DNA of 64,000 bases from Kofleriaceae bacterium (GCA_965215005.1 CBDCCZ010000006.1:160001-224000); one strand, 5' to 3'. Positions 9,185-20,171 are shown, counted from the first letter of the stretch. The notes: generated by a model from the sequence alone, not told the origin. Numbers and translations are program-made.

Positions 9185-11211
9185 CCAGCCTCCTCTTCGA
9201 CCATTCCCGGCAATAGCCCCGCCTTGCCCAGCGCATCGCGAATTCGGTGTATCGCCAGCTCGCGTGACAGCGCTTCTTTGGACAACACGCCTTCGGTGCT
9301 CAGCTCGAGCTGTGCTCGTTGTGCCGGTTCCAATTCTTGGGCTGTGCAAATGATGACGGGTGTCGAGCGAGTGATGGGATCGGCTTTGAGCTCATCGAGC
9401 ACGTCGAAGGCAGTCACGTCCTCCAAAAGAAAATCCAGGAAGATGACCCCCGGCCGCTCATCTCGCGCGAGCCGCACGCCGAGCTCGCCATCGCCGGCTT
9501 CGATGACGTCGTAGCTGGTGCCCTCCAGGTGCTTGCGAAACAAGTAGCGCGCCGTGGGATCATCATCGATATAGAGGACCTTCGCGCGATGGCCCTTGTG
9601 GACCAACGCTGCGAGCTTGCGGATCAAGTGGTCCTGATCGAATGGCTTGAGCCAGAATTCGTCGGCGCCGAGCGCGCGCGCGCGACGCTCGCGATTGGTC
9701 ACCGTCACCACCAACACCGGGATGTCACGGGTGGAGACATCGGCCTTGAGCTGCGACAAGAATCGCCACGACGTGTCCTGCTCGAGCATGATGTCGAGTA
9801 CCACCGCGGCAGGACGGCGGCGGCGCAAGAGCCCCTCGGCTTCAGCAACGGTTCGGGCCGGCAGCACCTGAAAGCCCGCCATCCGCAAGAATCGCTCGTA
9901 CACCAGCATTGTCTTGCGATTGTCCTCGAGCACCAGCACCGGCGCTCTTCCCGGCTCTGGAAACTGCCCGCGCTCTTGCAGCTCATCGACGGCGCGCACC
10001 TCGGGATGTACCGCAGGAACAGTGACAGTAAACGTAGAGCCTCGCCCAAGCTCGCTCTGGACCGTGATGTCACCCCCGAGCAAATGGGCCAACTGTCGCG
10101 ACAACGACAACCCTAGCCCTGTCCCCGGCACCTCGCGGTGACGAGCGGTATCGAGCTGCACGAACTCCTCGAAGATTCGCTGCTGGTCCGCAATGCCGAT
10201 ACCGATGCCGCTGTCGCGAACCCAAACCGTGAGCTCACCATCCGCCGAGCCGCGAGCACCAACGCGCACCTCTCCTTTGCTGGTGAACTTGAGCGCGTTG
10301 GAGATGAGGTTGCGGAGGATCTGCGCGAGCTTGCCGCGATCGGTGCGCAGCTCGAGAACCGTCTCGGGTTCCTCGAACACCATCTCGACCGCGGAATCGG
10401 CCACTAGCGGGCGCATCATGCCACGCAGGGACAACAGGAAGTCCGCCAGATCGAGCTGCTCGACCTGAAGCCGCACCGTGCCGGAGTCGATCTTCGAGAG
10501 GTCGAGCAAGTCGCTTACCAGCTGCGAGAGCTCCGCTGCCGCCGATCGAATCAGCCCGACTTGCAGGAGCTGTTCGCTGTTGAGCGCGCCATCCGAGCCA
10601 TCGAGCAGCAGGCGCGAGAGCCCCAGGATCGAGTGGATCGGCGTGCGTAGCTCGTGGCTGACGTTGGCGACCATCCGCGTCTTGATCTCCGAGCTCTCCG
10701 CGAGCGACTCGTTCTTGTCCTCGATCTCCGCGTGCAGAGCGACCACGCCGCGGTGGGACTCATCGAGCTCTGCGTGCAAGCGAATGAGCTCCGCATTGCG
10801 CTGCTCGAGCTCGCGATTCTGCCGCGCAATCTCGCGATTGAGCTCGACGACCTCATCCATCGTTTGTCCAACGCGCGCCAACGCAGCGCCGTGGTCGTCG
10901 GGGATCAGGCTGCCGAGAATATCGATGCCGGTGGCGCTCGGAACGGCGGAGCACGAGACCACCGCAGGCCGGCCTTCGACGCAGAGAGGCAATTCCCAGC
11001 CAGTGACTTCGCCGACTCGAGCGCGCGCCAAGAACTCAGCAACCTTGCCTTCGCTGCCGCTTGGCGCCAACTTGCGCAGCGCCGTGCCGATATCGCTGCG
11101 CAAGTAACGACGCGCCCGCGGATCGAGCGCGGTGAGGGCGCCATCGGTATCGACCGAGAAGCGCATCTCACGGCTGAATCTATGCAACTGACGTTGCAGC
11201 GCATCGCTCAT
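9181..11211 (-). CDS. Hybrid histidine kinase (PAS-like?)-coiled coil-HisKA-HATPase-REC-REC
   Basis: SHELRTPI, NLISNALKF, DSGIG, GTGLGL; two REC domains (VLDIML, FLDFLL); no TM segment. Confidence 0.92.
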   Translation of the reverse strand: MSDALQRQLHRFSREMRFSVDTDGALTALDPRARRYLRSDIGTALRKLAPSGSEGKVAEFLARARVGEVTGWELPLCVEGRPAVVSCSAVPSATGIDILGSLIPDDHGAALARVGQTMDEVVELNREIARQNRELEQRNAELIRLHAELDESHRGVVALHAEIEDKNESLAESSEIKTRMVANVSHELRTPIHSILGLSRLLLDGSDGALNSEQLLQVGLIRSAAAELSQLVSDLLDLSKIDSGTVRLQVEQLDLADFLLSLRGMMRPLVADSAVEMVFEEPETVLELRTDRGKLAQILRNLISNALKFTSKGEVRVGARGSADGELTVWVRDSGIGIGIADQQRIFEEFVQLDTARHREVPGTGLGLSLSRQLAHLLGGDITVQSELGRGSTFTVTVPAVHPEVRAVDELQERGQFPEPGRAPVLVLEDNRKTMLVYERFLRMAGFQVLPARTVAEAEGLLRRRRPAAVVLDIMLEQDTSWRFLSQLKADVSTRDIPVLVVTVTNRERRARALGADEFWLKPFDQDHLIRKLAALVHKGHRAKVLYIDDDPTARYLFRKHLEGTSYDVIEAGDGELGVRLARDERPGVIFLDFLLEDVTAFDVLDELKADPITRSTPVIICTAQELEPAQRAQLELSTEGVLSKEALSRELAIHRIRDALGKAGLLPGMVEEEAG

Positions 11212-11288
11212 GTGACTGCCCCTCGCCTGCGTCGGCCATTCCAGAGGCCTATGATAAGGGACATGCCGGGACGGATCGGAAGAGCGTA

Positions 11289-11957
11289 TCAGCGATTATT
11301 TTTGATACGATCGGCCGCCACAGATAGCAGACGACAAGCCTGCGCCACGATGTCCTCTGCAGATCGGCCGATACCGTCCGCGCCGTAGTCTGCGGCCACC
11401 GCGCCAACGGGGAACGCTTGCCCCCCCACGAGGATCGGGCACGGATGCGCCAATGCCTCGCGTACGCATCGTGTCGCTTCGCGAACTCTACTGAGATGAA
11501 ACCCCATCGTCGCCGACAGCGCCAATAGGTCCGGCGGACGGCTGCGACACATGTCCGCGAGACTGCGACTCGGCACGTTCTCGCCCAGATAGGTCACCGC
11601 GAAACCGGCGAGATCGAGCGCGTCCGCGGCAAGCCGAGCCGGAAAACCGTGCAGCTCGCCCTCGACGCACGCCACTAGCACCGAACGCTGCAGCGCCGGA
11701 GCGGGCGTAGCGTGGCGATATAGGTAGCTAAGAGCCAGCTGCGAGATGGCGGTGGCCATGTGCTCATCAGCAACGCTGATGCGGTTCAGTTCCCAGAGTC
11801 GACCGATCTCCCGCTGCGCCTCGCCGATCACACCGGTCGCCACAGAGCTCACCGCGAGTCCCGCTTCGACACCTTCTTCAATGACGAGTCGCAGTGCCTC
11901 TTGGCGATCGCCAGCGAGCTGCGCGGCCACGAAACGCTCCCTAAGCTGGTCGATCAC
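11289..11957 (-). CDS. Stand-alone CarH-type cobalamin (B12)-binding domain protein
   Basis: W-x9-EH (WELNRISVADEH) and E-x-H-x2-P-x41-SAT-x27-GG; no HTH. GTG at 11957 lies 6 nt after TACAAT. Confidence 0.9.
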   Translation of the reverse strand: MIDQLRERFVAAQLAGDRQEALRLVIEEGVEAGLAVSSVATGVIGEAQREIGRLWELNRISVADEHMATAISQLALSYLYRHATPAPALQRSVLVACVEGELHGFPARLAADALDLAGFAVTYLGENVPSRSLADMCRSRPPDLLALSATMGFHLSRVREATRCVREALAHPCPILVGGQAFPVGAVAADYGADGIGRSAEDIVAQACRLLSVAADRIKNNR

Positions 11958-12202
11958 TGCTCTATTGTAGTGTGCGGTGGGCGTTGTGCAGCGGCGGCGT
12001 CGACCGCGACGACGGCGTCGCGCTTCTACGCATCGGCCGGCAGTGCAGAATTTGGGACGCCGATGGGTTTGGGGGCGAAGTCTCCAGCGCACCGATATCG
12101 AGACCACCCGCCGGGTGATCTCGGGGCCAGAACCTACGAAATTCGCGGCCTATGGCGGCGAAATCGAAGCTGGTGTCGAACGCTTACAGCGCCCGTGCCA
12201 TC

Positions 12203-12218
12203 CGGCATGGAGGCTGCA
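12203..12218 (+). promoter_or_regulatory. Putative sigma54 promoter of the NHL lipoprotein gene
   Basis: CGGCATG-GAGG-CTGCA. Confidence 0.45.
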
Positions 12219-12261
12219 TTTGTCGCGGCACAGGAGCTCTGACGGGCTCGCGGAGGCAGCC

Positions 12262-13383
12262 GTGCAGTATCTAAAATCATTGACAATTCTCTTCCTTTCG
12301 CTCATCGCGGCCTGTGGCAGCGACGGTGGGGGCTCTGACCCGGGAATCGACGCCGGCGGCACCGGTGGCACCGATGGTGGCGACGGTCCGGTGCAGGAGC
12401 CGCCGGGACCTTTGGCCGAGGGCGCGGCGACGCTCGCTGGAGGCCCGATTTCCGGCCGCGTCGATGGCGACCGCAACAGCGCCAGCTTCAACAACCCGGT
12501 CAATGTCGAGGTCGGCCCCGACGGCAACATCTACGTCGCCGATTTTGATAACGGGCTGCTGCGGGTGATCACGCCGCAAGGGACCGTTTCGACGCTAGCA
12601 CCGGCCGAAGCCGATTTCTCGCGGCCCTTCGGGCTAGCCTTCACACCCGACGGCTCGCTCTACGTGCAAACCGACCGAGACACCGGAGGGCAACTGAGTG
12701 GTGCGCTCTGGCGCGTCGATACCCAAACCGGCGAGGCAACGCTCGTGGAGGATACGGTCGGCCGTATGCGTGGCCTGGCCGCATTGCCCGATGGTCGACT
12801 CGTCATGGCGGAGTATCAGAAGCACGTCATCGTGGTGATCGACCCGGCAACCGGCGTGGTCAACACCATCGCTGGCGCCTACGACCAAATCGGCAACACC
12901 GACGGCGTCGGCGAAGCCGCTCGCTTCAACATTCCCTACGACCTCGTGCTGCACCCCGATGGCTATCTCGTCGTCGCCGACTACGGCAACAATCAACTGC
13001 GCCGCATCGACTTGAACGGCAATGGCCCGGCCGAGGTCACCACCTTGGCCGGCACTGGCATGGCCGGCGTGGTCGACGACACCTTGGCCGCGGCTGAGTT
13101 CAATCAGCCGCAAGGACTTGCCGTGGACGATGCTGGGATGCTCTACGTCACCGACAGCGCGGGGTTCGTGATTCGTCGCGTCGACCTCGCGGCGGACTCG
13201 GTGACGACGATCGCCGGGACCGGCGAAGCCGGATTTCGCGATGATGAGAATCCGCTTGCAGCACAGTTCTACGGGCTAGAAGGCATCGCTGTCGACGATG
13301 CCGGTACCTACCTCTATGTCGCCGACGGCAGCCGCGGCGAAGACGCCCGCTACCACCGCGTGCGTCGCGTGTCGCTCCCGTAG
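12262..13383 (+). CDS. NHL-repeat beta-propeller lipoprotein
   Basis: GGAGG SD and GTG at 12262; lipobox LIAAC; Gly/Asp linker; repeats FNNP/FSRP/FNIP/FNQP..G.LYVAD. Confidence 0.85.
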   Translation: MQYLKSLTILFLSLIAACGSDGGGSDPGIDAGGTGGTDGGDGPVQEPPGPLAEGAATLAGGPISGRVDGDRNSASFNNPVNVEVGPDGNIYVADFDNGLLRVITPQGTVSTLAPAEADFSRPFGLAFTPDGSLYVQTDRDTGGQLSGALWRVDTQTGEATLVEDTVGRMRGLAALPDGRLVMAEYQKHVIVVIDPATGVVNTIAGAYDQIGNTDGVGEAARFNIPYDLVLHPDGYLVVADYGNNQLRRIDLNGNGPAEVTTLAGTGMAGVVDDTLAAAEFNQPQGLAVDDAGMLYVTDSAGFVIRRVDLAADSVTTIAGTGEAGFRDDENPLAAQFYGLEGIAVDDAGTYLYVADGSRGEDARYHRVRRVSLP

Positions 13384-13441
13384 TGTTGCCGTTTCCCAGG
13401 CCGCTCAGCAGGTTTTCTACGGCTGCTGAGCGCGCCCGGCC

Positions 13442-13783
13442 TCAACGGCTTTTGCGCCATGACGGCGGCGGCTGCAGAGCCTCCGTCGGCATGATCGCAA
13501 ACATCAGGAGCAGCAAGCCCAGCACGATGTGGTTCTGGTGGTAAGCCGGAATCGGGTATTCGTTGATTCGGCCGTAGGCGATTAGCCACAGAGAAACCGC
13601 CAGAGTCCCGAAGCGGGTCCAGCGCAGCGGCTGGTAAAACGTCGCAAGCGAGAAGACCACGATCAACGTCGCGCAAATGAAATCGTTGGCCCAAACGCTC
13701 GGCTGCGCGGCTGGCAGTGAAAAGATGAACGGGCTGAGGGCGAGCCAGATCCCCAGCATGGCTTCTACGACGCGGGGCCACAT
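13442..13783 (-). CDS. SPW-repeat-like membrane protein
   Basis: LGIWLALSPF motif and four hydrophobic segments; TGATG coupling to the upstream VKOR gene. Confidence 0.7.
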   Translation of the reverse strand: MWPRVVEAMLGIWLALSPFIFSLPAAQPSVWANDFICATLIVVFSLATFYQPLRWTRFGTLAVSLWLIAYGRINEYPIPAYHQNHIVLGLLLLMFAIMPTEALQPPPSWRKSR

Positions 13784-14397
13784 CAGGCACCTGCCTGTAG
13801 CGCCAACGCATCGGCGCGCTCGTCTCGCTGGCCCCAGAACACTCGCCAAACCAGTCGCGCGTCCCGGTGCTCTTTCCAAACTCGACGCAAATAGGCAAGG
13901 GTTGCCCATACCTCATCAGCAGCGAGCGGGATCAACACGGTCGAGATCGCTGCAGTGATCAGGCACAGAAAACACCACGACCCCACCACCAGCCCCTGCA
14001 CGAACACCAGCACAATGCTCACGATCCCAAGCGGGATGACGTCGATGCCAAAGATGATCACCATCCACGGCCGGTACTGCCAGCGCCTCGTTGAGCCGGC
14101 GAGACCAAAGATCGCATCGCCGAGATACGCGAGGGCTCCCAGCGCGGCGTCGGGTACGCCAATCCAACGATGCATCGTGCCGCTGGCGTCAGACTCGAGC
14201 ACGGTTCGCGTTCCGTCGCCAAACACCGGATCCCACACCGTCTCGATGAGCCCCCACTGAAAAAGGGCCAAGTACGTCGAAATGATCGCCCCCACCGCGG
14301 CCAGCACGCAGATCGGGATCCGCTGACTCCACGCGGAGGGATTGCGCGAAAACGGCGGGGCGTGGGCATCTAAACGAGAGTCGTCTGCGCGAGCCAT
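13783..14397 (-). CDS. Vitamin K epoxide reductase (VKOR) family protein
   Basis: [15 protein letters not shown] and the WCFLC CXXC in a TM helix; AAGGAG SD before ATG 14397. Confidence 0.85.
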   Translation of the reverse strand: MARADDSRLDAHAPPFSRNPSAWSQRIPICVLAAVGAIISTYLALFQWGLIETVWDPVFGDGTRTVLESDASGTMHRWIGVPDAALGALAYLGDAIFGLAGSTRRWQYRPWMVIIFGIDVIPLGIVSIVLVFVQGLVVGSWCFLCLITAAISTVLIPLAADEVWATLAYLRRVWKEHRDARLVWRVFWGQRDERADALALQAGA

Positions 14398-14483
14398 CGA
14401 GGCGAGCTCCTTCATATTCGAACGGTTGTACGGCGACGCGAACGCCGTTGCAGCGTTGCATGATGGCTGGCAGCTCCCGCCAC

Positions 14484-14499
14484 TGGCACATGGTTCGCA
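14484..14499 (+). promoter_or_regulatory. Putative sigma54 promoter upstream of the glgE cluster
   Basis: TGGCACA-TGGT-TCGCA, about 330 nt upstream of glgE. Confidence 0.4.
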
Positions 14500-14828
14500 C
14501 GGCGATGCGCCCGTCACACCGGGAAGCGCTCGACCGGTGAGCGGTCGGTCAACCGCCGACCGCGAGCGGATCGGTTGCGATGGACAGCGAATGCGCGTGA
14601 CACGATGCTCGACCGGCGCTCCGGATGCTGACGCGATCAATATGAACGAGACGATCTGCCACGACCGAGTCAACACGACACGGACAACGCGCGTGCGAAA
14701 CGCGTATCAGACGTTCCATCACGCGAGCTCGCGGCTCGACGATGGCCGAGACATTTCATGGTCACGCGAGTGCGTCGTGCGCGACGCCAAGCTTGGCCAA
14801 GACTTTTGCTATAAGAGGACACACAGGC

Positions 14829-16838
14829 ATGCGGGGTGAAGGCAAAGCTATCGCTCTCGTCGCGGCTGAGCAGCAGGACTGGGATCCGGTGTTCATCGCG
14901 CGGCGCAGAATCGAGATTCTCGGACTCCATCCGGAGGTCGACGGCGGTCGCTATGCGGCCAAGGCCATCGCCGGTGCTGTCACCTATGTCGAAGCCGACT
15001 TGGTCGCCGACGGTCACGATCAAATGGCCGGCGTGGTGATGTATCGCCACGAGAACGAGCGCGAGTGGCGCGAGGCGTCGCTTTCGTCGCTCGGCAACGA
15101 TCGTTGGCGTGCCGAGCTGACGCTGCACGAGCTCGGCCGCTGGCGGTATGCCGTGGAAGGTTGGATCGATGCTTTCGCGACCTGGCGGCGCGGCTTTCAC
15201 CTCAAGGTAGAAGCGGGCATCGACGTGAGCGTCGAGCTGCTCATCGGCAGTGAGCTCGTCGCGGCAGCGGCCGCTCGCGCGAGTGGACCCGCTCGGCAAC
15301 GCCTGGACGTGATCGCCCGCGACCTGCAAAGCAACGCTCCCACGCACGCGCGCATCGACGCGGCGCTCGACCCCGAGCTCGCCCGTCTGATGATGCTATG
15401 GCCCGACCGCAGCCTCTCGACTCGATCCCCCGATCGCGTGATTTTCGTCGAGCGCCCGAAGGCGCGGTTCTCGGCCTGGTATGAGTTCTTCCCGCGCTCG
15501 TTTGGGCCCAATGGCAAACACGGCAGCTTCCGAGATGCCGAGAGCCACCTGCGCTACGTCGCGGGGCTCGGTTTCGATGTGGTGTACTTGCCGCCGATTC
15601 ATCCTATAGGCCGTCTGCACCGCAAAGGGCGCAACAACACGCTCGACGCTCAGCCCGACGATCCCGGCAGCCCGTGGGCCATCGGCTCCAGCGAAGGCGG
15701 CCACACAGCGATCCATCCGCAGCTCGGCACTCTCGCCGATTTTCACCACTTTCTCGCCGCCGCCAAAGACCTCGGGCTAGAGGTCGCTATCGATGTCGCC
15801 TTTCAGGCAGCGCCCGATCACCCATGGGTAAAAGAGCACCCGGAGTGGTTCATCCAGCGCCCGGATGGTTCTATTCAGTATGCGGAGAATCCGCCAAAGA
15901 AGTATCAGGATATCTATCCTATCAACTTCAACAGCGAGGACTGGCGCGGCCTCTGGAACGAGCTGCTCGGAGTGTTCCTGTATTGGCTCGAGCAGGGTGT
16001 TCGCATCTTCCGCGTCGACAACCCGCATACGAAGTCCCTGCGTTTTTGGGAGTGGTGCATTGCGCAGGTAAAGCAGCGTGATCCGGGCGCCATCTTCCTT
16101 TCTGAGGCCTTCACCCGGCCCAAGCTAATGTACGCCCTCGCCAAGCTGGGCTTCACCCAGTCGTATACGTATTTCACTTGGCGACACACCAAGGCAGAGT
16201 TCGTCGAGTATCTCACCGAGCTAACGAAGCCAGAAATCGCCGCATTCTTTCAGCCCAATTTCTGGCCTAACACTCCAGACATCTTGCCAGAAGACTTGCA
16301 AAGCGGCGGTCGGGCCGCGTTCCTTGGCAGGTTCGCCATGGCAGCCACGTTGTCGCCGAGCTACGGAGTCTACGGCCCTGCGTACGAGCTGCTCGACAGT
16401 ATTCCGCGGCCCGGCTCCGAAGAGTACATCGACAACGAGAAGTATCAGCTGAAGCAGTGGGACCTGGAGCGGGGCGACAGCCTGCGCCACTTCATGGCCC
16501 GCATCAATCGCATTCGCAAGAACAACCCCGCCCTACACGACAATCTCTCTCTGCGCTTCCACAAAACCGACAGCGATCAGCTGCTTTGCTACAGCAAGCA
16601 GACACGCAACCGCGATAACACGATTGTCATCGCGATCAATCTAGATTGGCATCATCGACACGGCAGCCGCGTCTGGCTGGATCTCGAGCAGCTGGGCCTG
16701 GACTGGAACGCAACCTACGACCTTAACGACTTGATCGATGGCAGCCGCTACACGTGGCATGGCACGGAGGGATACGTGGAGCTCGATCCGCATATCATGC
16801 CGGTGCACGTGTTTCGGCTCGAGCCTCGAGGAGGTTAG
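14829..16838 (+). CDS. glgE: Alpha-1,4-glucan:maltose-1-phosphate maltosyltransferase (GH13_3)
   Basis: WYEFFPRS, YLPPIHPIG, YAENPPKKYQDIYP, FRVDNPHTK, EAFTRP, NTPDIL. Confidence 0.96.
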   Translation: MRGEGKAIALVAAEQQDWDPVFIARRRIEILGLHPEVDGGRYAAKAIAGAVTYVEADLVADGHDQMAGVVMYRHENEREWREASLSSLGNDRWRAELTLHELGRWRYAVEGWIDAFATWRRGFHLKVEAGIDVSVELLIGSELVAAAAARASGPARQRLDVIARDLQSNAPTHARIDAALDPELARLMMLWPDRSLSTRSPDRVIFVERPKARFSAWYEFFPRSFGPNGKHGSFRDAESHLRYVAGLGFDVVYLPPIHPIGRLHRKGRNNTLDAQPDDPGSPWAIGSSEGGHTAIHPQLGTLADFHHFLAAAKDLGLEVAIDVAFQAAPDHPWVKEHPEWFIQRPDGSIQYAENPPKKYQDIYPINFNSEDWRGLWNELLGVFLYWLEQGVRIFRVDNPHTKSLRFWEWCIAQVKQRDPGAIFLSEAFTRPKLMYALAKLGFTQSYTYFTWRHTKAEFVEYLTELTKPEIAAFFQPNFWPNTPDILPEDLQSGGRAAFLGRFAMAATLSPSYGVYGPAYELLDSIPRPGSEEYIDNEKYQLKQWDLERGDSLRHFMARINRIRKNNPALHDNLSLRFHKTDSDQLLCYSKQTRNRDNTIVIAINLDWHHRHGSRVWLDLEQLGLDWNATYDLNDLIDGSRYTWHGTEGYVELDPHIMPVHVFRLEPRGG

Positions 16839-16847
16839 CGACGACTC

Positions 16848-19800
16848 ATGGTCAGGCACTCAAAGGACCCTCAGGTTCTGCTCGCGGACGATCCGCTCTG
16901 GTACAAAGACGCTCTCATCTATGAGATTCACGTTCGAGCATTCTCGGACTCCAACGGCGATGGCATCGGCGACTTCAACGGATTGGTCAGCAAGCTCGAC
17001 TATCTGCAAGATCTCGGCGTCACAGCACTATGGCTGCTGCCGTTCTATCCGTCGCCGGGACGCGACGATGGCTACGACATCGCCGATTACACCGACGTAA
17101 ACCCCTCGTACGGAACGCTGGCCGACTTTCGGCGTTTCTTGAACGAAGCGCATCGTCGCGGCTTGCGGGTCATCACCGAGCTCGCCATCAATCATACGTC
17201 CTCGGAGCACCCGTGGTTCCAGCGCGCTCGCCGCGCGCCTGCGGGGAGCCGGTGGCGCAACTTCTACGTGTGGAGCGAATCGCCAGAGCTGTACCGCGAT
17301 GCCCGCATCATCTTTCCCGACTTCGAAACGTCCAACTGGACGTGGGACCCGATCGCCAAGTCCTACTACTGGCACCGCTTCTACTCGCATCAACCCGACC
17401 TCAACTTCGAAAACGAAGAGGTTCACGATGCGGTCATCTCGGTGCTCGACTTTTGGATGGATCTGGGCGTGGATGGGATGCGGCTCGACGCCATTCCCTA
17501 CCTATACGAACGGGAAGGTACGAACTGCGAGAACCTGCCCGAGACGCATCAGTTTCTCAAAAAGCTGCGCGCGCACAACGACGAGAAGTACCGCAACCGG
17601 ATGTTCCTGGCCGAAGCCAATCAGTGGCCGGAGGACGCCGCTTCGTACTTTGGTGATGGCGACGAATGCCACATGAACTTTCATTTTCCGCTGATGCCGC
17701 GGATGTTCATGGCAGTAAATCTGGAGTCGAGTTACCCGATTCTCGATATCCTCGAGCAGACGCCGGAGATCCCCGAAAACTGCCAGTGGGCACTATTTCT
17801 CCGCAACCACGACGAGCTCACGCTGGAGATGGTCACGGATGAGGACCGCGACTATATGTGGCGCGTCTATGCCGAGGACCCGCAGGCGCGCATCAACCTG
17901 GGAATCCGTCGGCGGCTCGCGCCGCTCCTCAAGCTACGGCGCAAGATCGAGCTCATGCACGGTCTCTTGTTCTCACTGCCGGGGACCCCGGTTCTCTATT
18001 ACGGCGACGAGATCGGGATGGGCGACAACATCTATCTCGGCGACCGCGACGGCGTGCGCACGCCGATGCAGTGGAGCTACGACCGCAACGCCGGCTTCTC
18101 GCGGGCCAACCCGCAGAAGCTGTTTTTACCCGCGGTCATCGACCCCGAGTACCACTACGAAGCGATTAATGTCGAGGCGCAGCAGAACAACGCCCAGTCG
18201 CTCTTGTGGTGGGTCAAACGTCTCATCTCGTTGCGCAAGCAGCACCAGGTGTTTGGCCGCGGGAGCATGCGCTTCTTGCGACCGGACAACCCCAAGATCT
18301 TGGCATTCGTGCGCGAGCTCGACGACGACCGGGTTCTGGTGGTGGCGAATCTGTCACGTTTTGCCCAGGCCGGTAAGCTCGACTTGAGCGGCTACGAAGG
18401 CCTTATTCCAATGGAGATGTTCGGGCACTCGCCATTTCCGCGCATCAACGAACAAGAGCCTTACTTCTTAGCGCTCGGTCCACACGAGTTCTACTGGTTC
18501 GAGCTCACGGAAGAAGACACCGCCAGCCAGACGCCACACGCCGAGCTGCCGCGCCTAGACGCACCTCAAGGTTGGGAGACGCTGCTCAGCGGCCAAGGAG
18601 ACCTCGAGCGAGTGCTAGCGACGTACCTGCCGACCTGTCGCTGGTTCCGCGGCAAAGCGCGACGTATCTCGAAAGTAAGGCTCACGGAGGCGGTGCCGCT
18701 AGAAGGCGCCAGTGGTGCTCAGCTGGCGTTTGTGCGGGTTGATTACGTGCAGGAAGACCCGGAGACGTATCTCCTGCCGCTGGCGCTCGCGGACCTCGAG
18801 ATGGGGCAGAAGCTGATTGAAGATCAGTATCAAGCAACCATCGCTCGGGTCGCAATGGGTGATGAGAGTGGTGTCCTCTACGATGCGAGCTACTCCGATA
18901 CGTTTGCGCGCGACCTGCTGGCTCTCTTTAGCAACAAGAACCATCCGCGCGGCAGCGACGGGGAGATCAGCGCCACTGGGTTTGCTGCGCTCCAGGCGCT
19001 AACCAGCGAAGGTCTAGCAGCCCTTTCGCCTAAGCGCTCCACGGCTGAGCAATCCAATACCAGCATCATCTTTGGCGACGAGCTCATCCTCAAGCTCACG
19101 CGCGTCGTCGAATTTGGCTCGCAACCCGAGATTGAGATTGGCCGCTTCTTGACCGAGAAGGTCGAGTTCGAGCACGTCCCACCGCTCGCCGGCGCTATGC
19201 ATTACGAGCGCGGCAGCGAGCAGGCCGTTATCGGAGTGGTCCAGGGTTTCGTCGACAATCAGGGCGATGCGTGGGCCTTCACCCTCGACTCGCTGAGTCG
19301 CTTCTTCGAGCGTGCGCTCAGCTATCAAGAGCACCCAACCGAGCTGCCCATTGGCGCCGACTCGCTCATGGCGCGTGCTCGTCTAGACGTTCCCGACGTT
19401 GCCAAGGATACCATCGGCGGCTATCTCCCCTTGGCGCGCATCTTAGGAGAACGCACCGCGCAGATGCATCTCGCCCTTGCCCGCGGCGATCTCGACTCAA
19501 CGTTCGCGCCGGTCGCGCTGTCCACGCTGCACCAGCGTTCGCTATATCAGGCGGCGCGCACCACGTTGAATCGCGGCTTCGAGCTCCTCGAGTCGCGCCG
19601 GCGCAAGGTGCCCGAGCGCTGGCAGTCACTGGTCAAGGAAGTGCTGAGCAACAAGGATCGTCTTGATGAACAGCTGAGGTCGATCACGGGGACCAAGATC
19701 GAAGCGGCTCGGATCCGCACCCATGGCGACTTCCATCTCGGTCAGGTGCTGTACACCGGTGGCGACTTCGTCATCATCGACTTCGAAGGAGAACCAGCGC

Positions 19801-20171
19801 GTCCACTGGGTGAGCGCCGCATCAAGCGGTCGCCGCTTCGCGACGTGGCTGGCATGCTGCGATCGTTTCATTACGCGGCGATGCTGGCCTCCCACGATCC
19901 GCACTGGCCAGCCGACAAGCAAGACGCCGTCGAGCGATGGTCCACCTTCTGGCACTCCTGGGTGACAGCGCAGTACCTACGCGCCTATCTCGAAGTGACA
20001 GGCGGCAGTGGCTTGGTGCCAGCGTCCGATGAGCAGCTGGCCGCATTGCTCGACTTCTATCTCGTGGACAAGTGCGTCTACGAGCTTTCCTACGAGCTAG
20101 GTAGTCGGCCGGAGTGGGTGTGGATTCCGCTCATGGGGCTCCTGGACATCTTGAAAGCCAAGGGACAATGA
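16848..20171 (+). CDS. treS: Trehalose synthase fused to maltokinase (TreS-Mak/Pep2)
   Basis: GH13 motifs [21 protein letters not shown]-terminal kinase motifs [20 protein letters not shown]. Confidence 0.95.
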   Translation: MVRHSKDPQVLLADDPLWYKDALIYEIHVRAFSDSNGDGIGDFNGLVSKLDYLQDLGVTALWLLPFYPSPGRDDGYDIADYTDVNPSYGTLADFRRFLNEAHRRGLRVITELAINHTSSEHPWFQRARRAPAGSRWRNFYVWSESPELYRDARIIFPDFETSNWTWDPIAKSYYWHRFYSHQPDLNFENEEVHDAVISVLDFWMDLGVDGMRLDAIPYLYEREGTNCENLPETHQFLKKLRAHNDEKYRNRMFLAEANQWPEDAASYFGDGDECHMNFHFPLMPRMFMAVNLESSYPILDILEQTPEIPENCQWALFLRNHDELTLEMVTDEDRDYMWRVYAEDPQARINLGIRRRLAPLLKLRRKIELMHGLLFSLPGTPVLYYGDEIGMGDNIYLGDRDGVRTPMQWSYDRNAGFSRANPQKLFLPAVIDPEYHYEAINVEAQQNNAQSLLWWVKRLISLRKQHQVFGRGSMRFLRPDNPKILAFVRELDDDRVLVVANLSRFAQAGKLDLSGYEGLIPMEMFGHSPFPRINEQEPYFLALGPHEFYWFELTEEDTASQTPHAELPRLDAPQGWETLLSGQGDLERVLATYLPTCRWFRGKARRISKVRLTEAVPLEGASGAQLAFVRVDYVQEDPETYLLPLALADLEMGQKLIEDQYQATIARVAMGDESGVLYDASYSDTFARDLLALFSNKNHPRGSDGEISATGFAALQALTSEGLAALSPKRSTAEQSNTSIIFGDELILKLTRVVEFGSQPEIEIGRFLTEKVEFEHVPPLAGAMHYERGSEQAVIGVVQGFVDNQGDAWAFTLDSLSRFFERALSYQEHPTELPIGADSLMARARLDVPDVAKDTIGGYLPLARILGERTAQMHLALARGDLDSTFAPVALSTLHQRSLYQAARTTLNRGFELLESRRRKVPERWQSLVKEVLSNKDRLDEQLRSITGTKIEAARIRTHGDFHLGQVLYTGGDFVIIDFEGEPARPLGERRIKRSPLRDVAGMLRSFHYAAMLASHDPHWPADKQDAVERWSTFWHSWVTAQYLRAYLEVTGGSGLVPASDEQLAALLDFYLVDKCVYELSYELGSRPEWVWIPLMGLLDILKAKGQ

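Noticed and set aside
11289..11957. Corrinoid methyltransferase or methionine synthase fragment
   Set aside because: Has ExH plus W-x9-EH (CarH type) rather than DxHxxG, and no methyltransferase neighbours.
11977..12261. Arg-rich N-terminal extensions of the NHL and B12 ORFs
   Set aside because: Intergenic promoter region; the SD/lipobox and the -10 element define later starts.
14794..14810. TGGCCAAGACTTTTGCT as a sigma54 promoter of glgE
   Set aside because: GG-to-GC spacing is 11 rather than the required 10.
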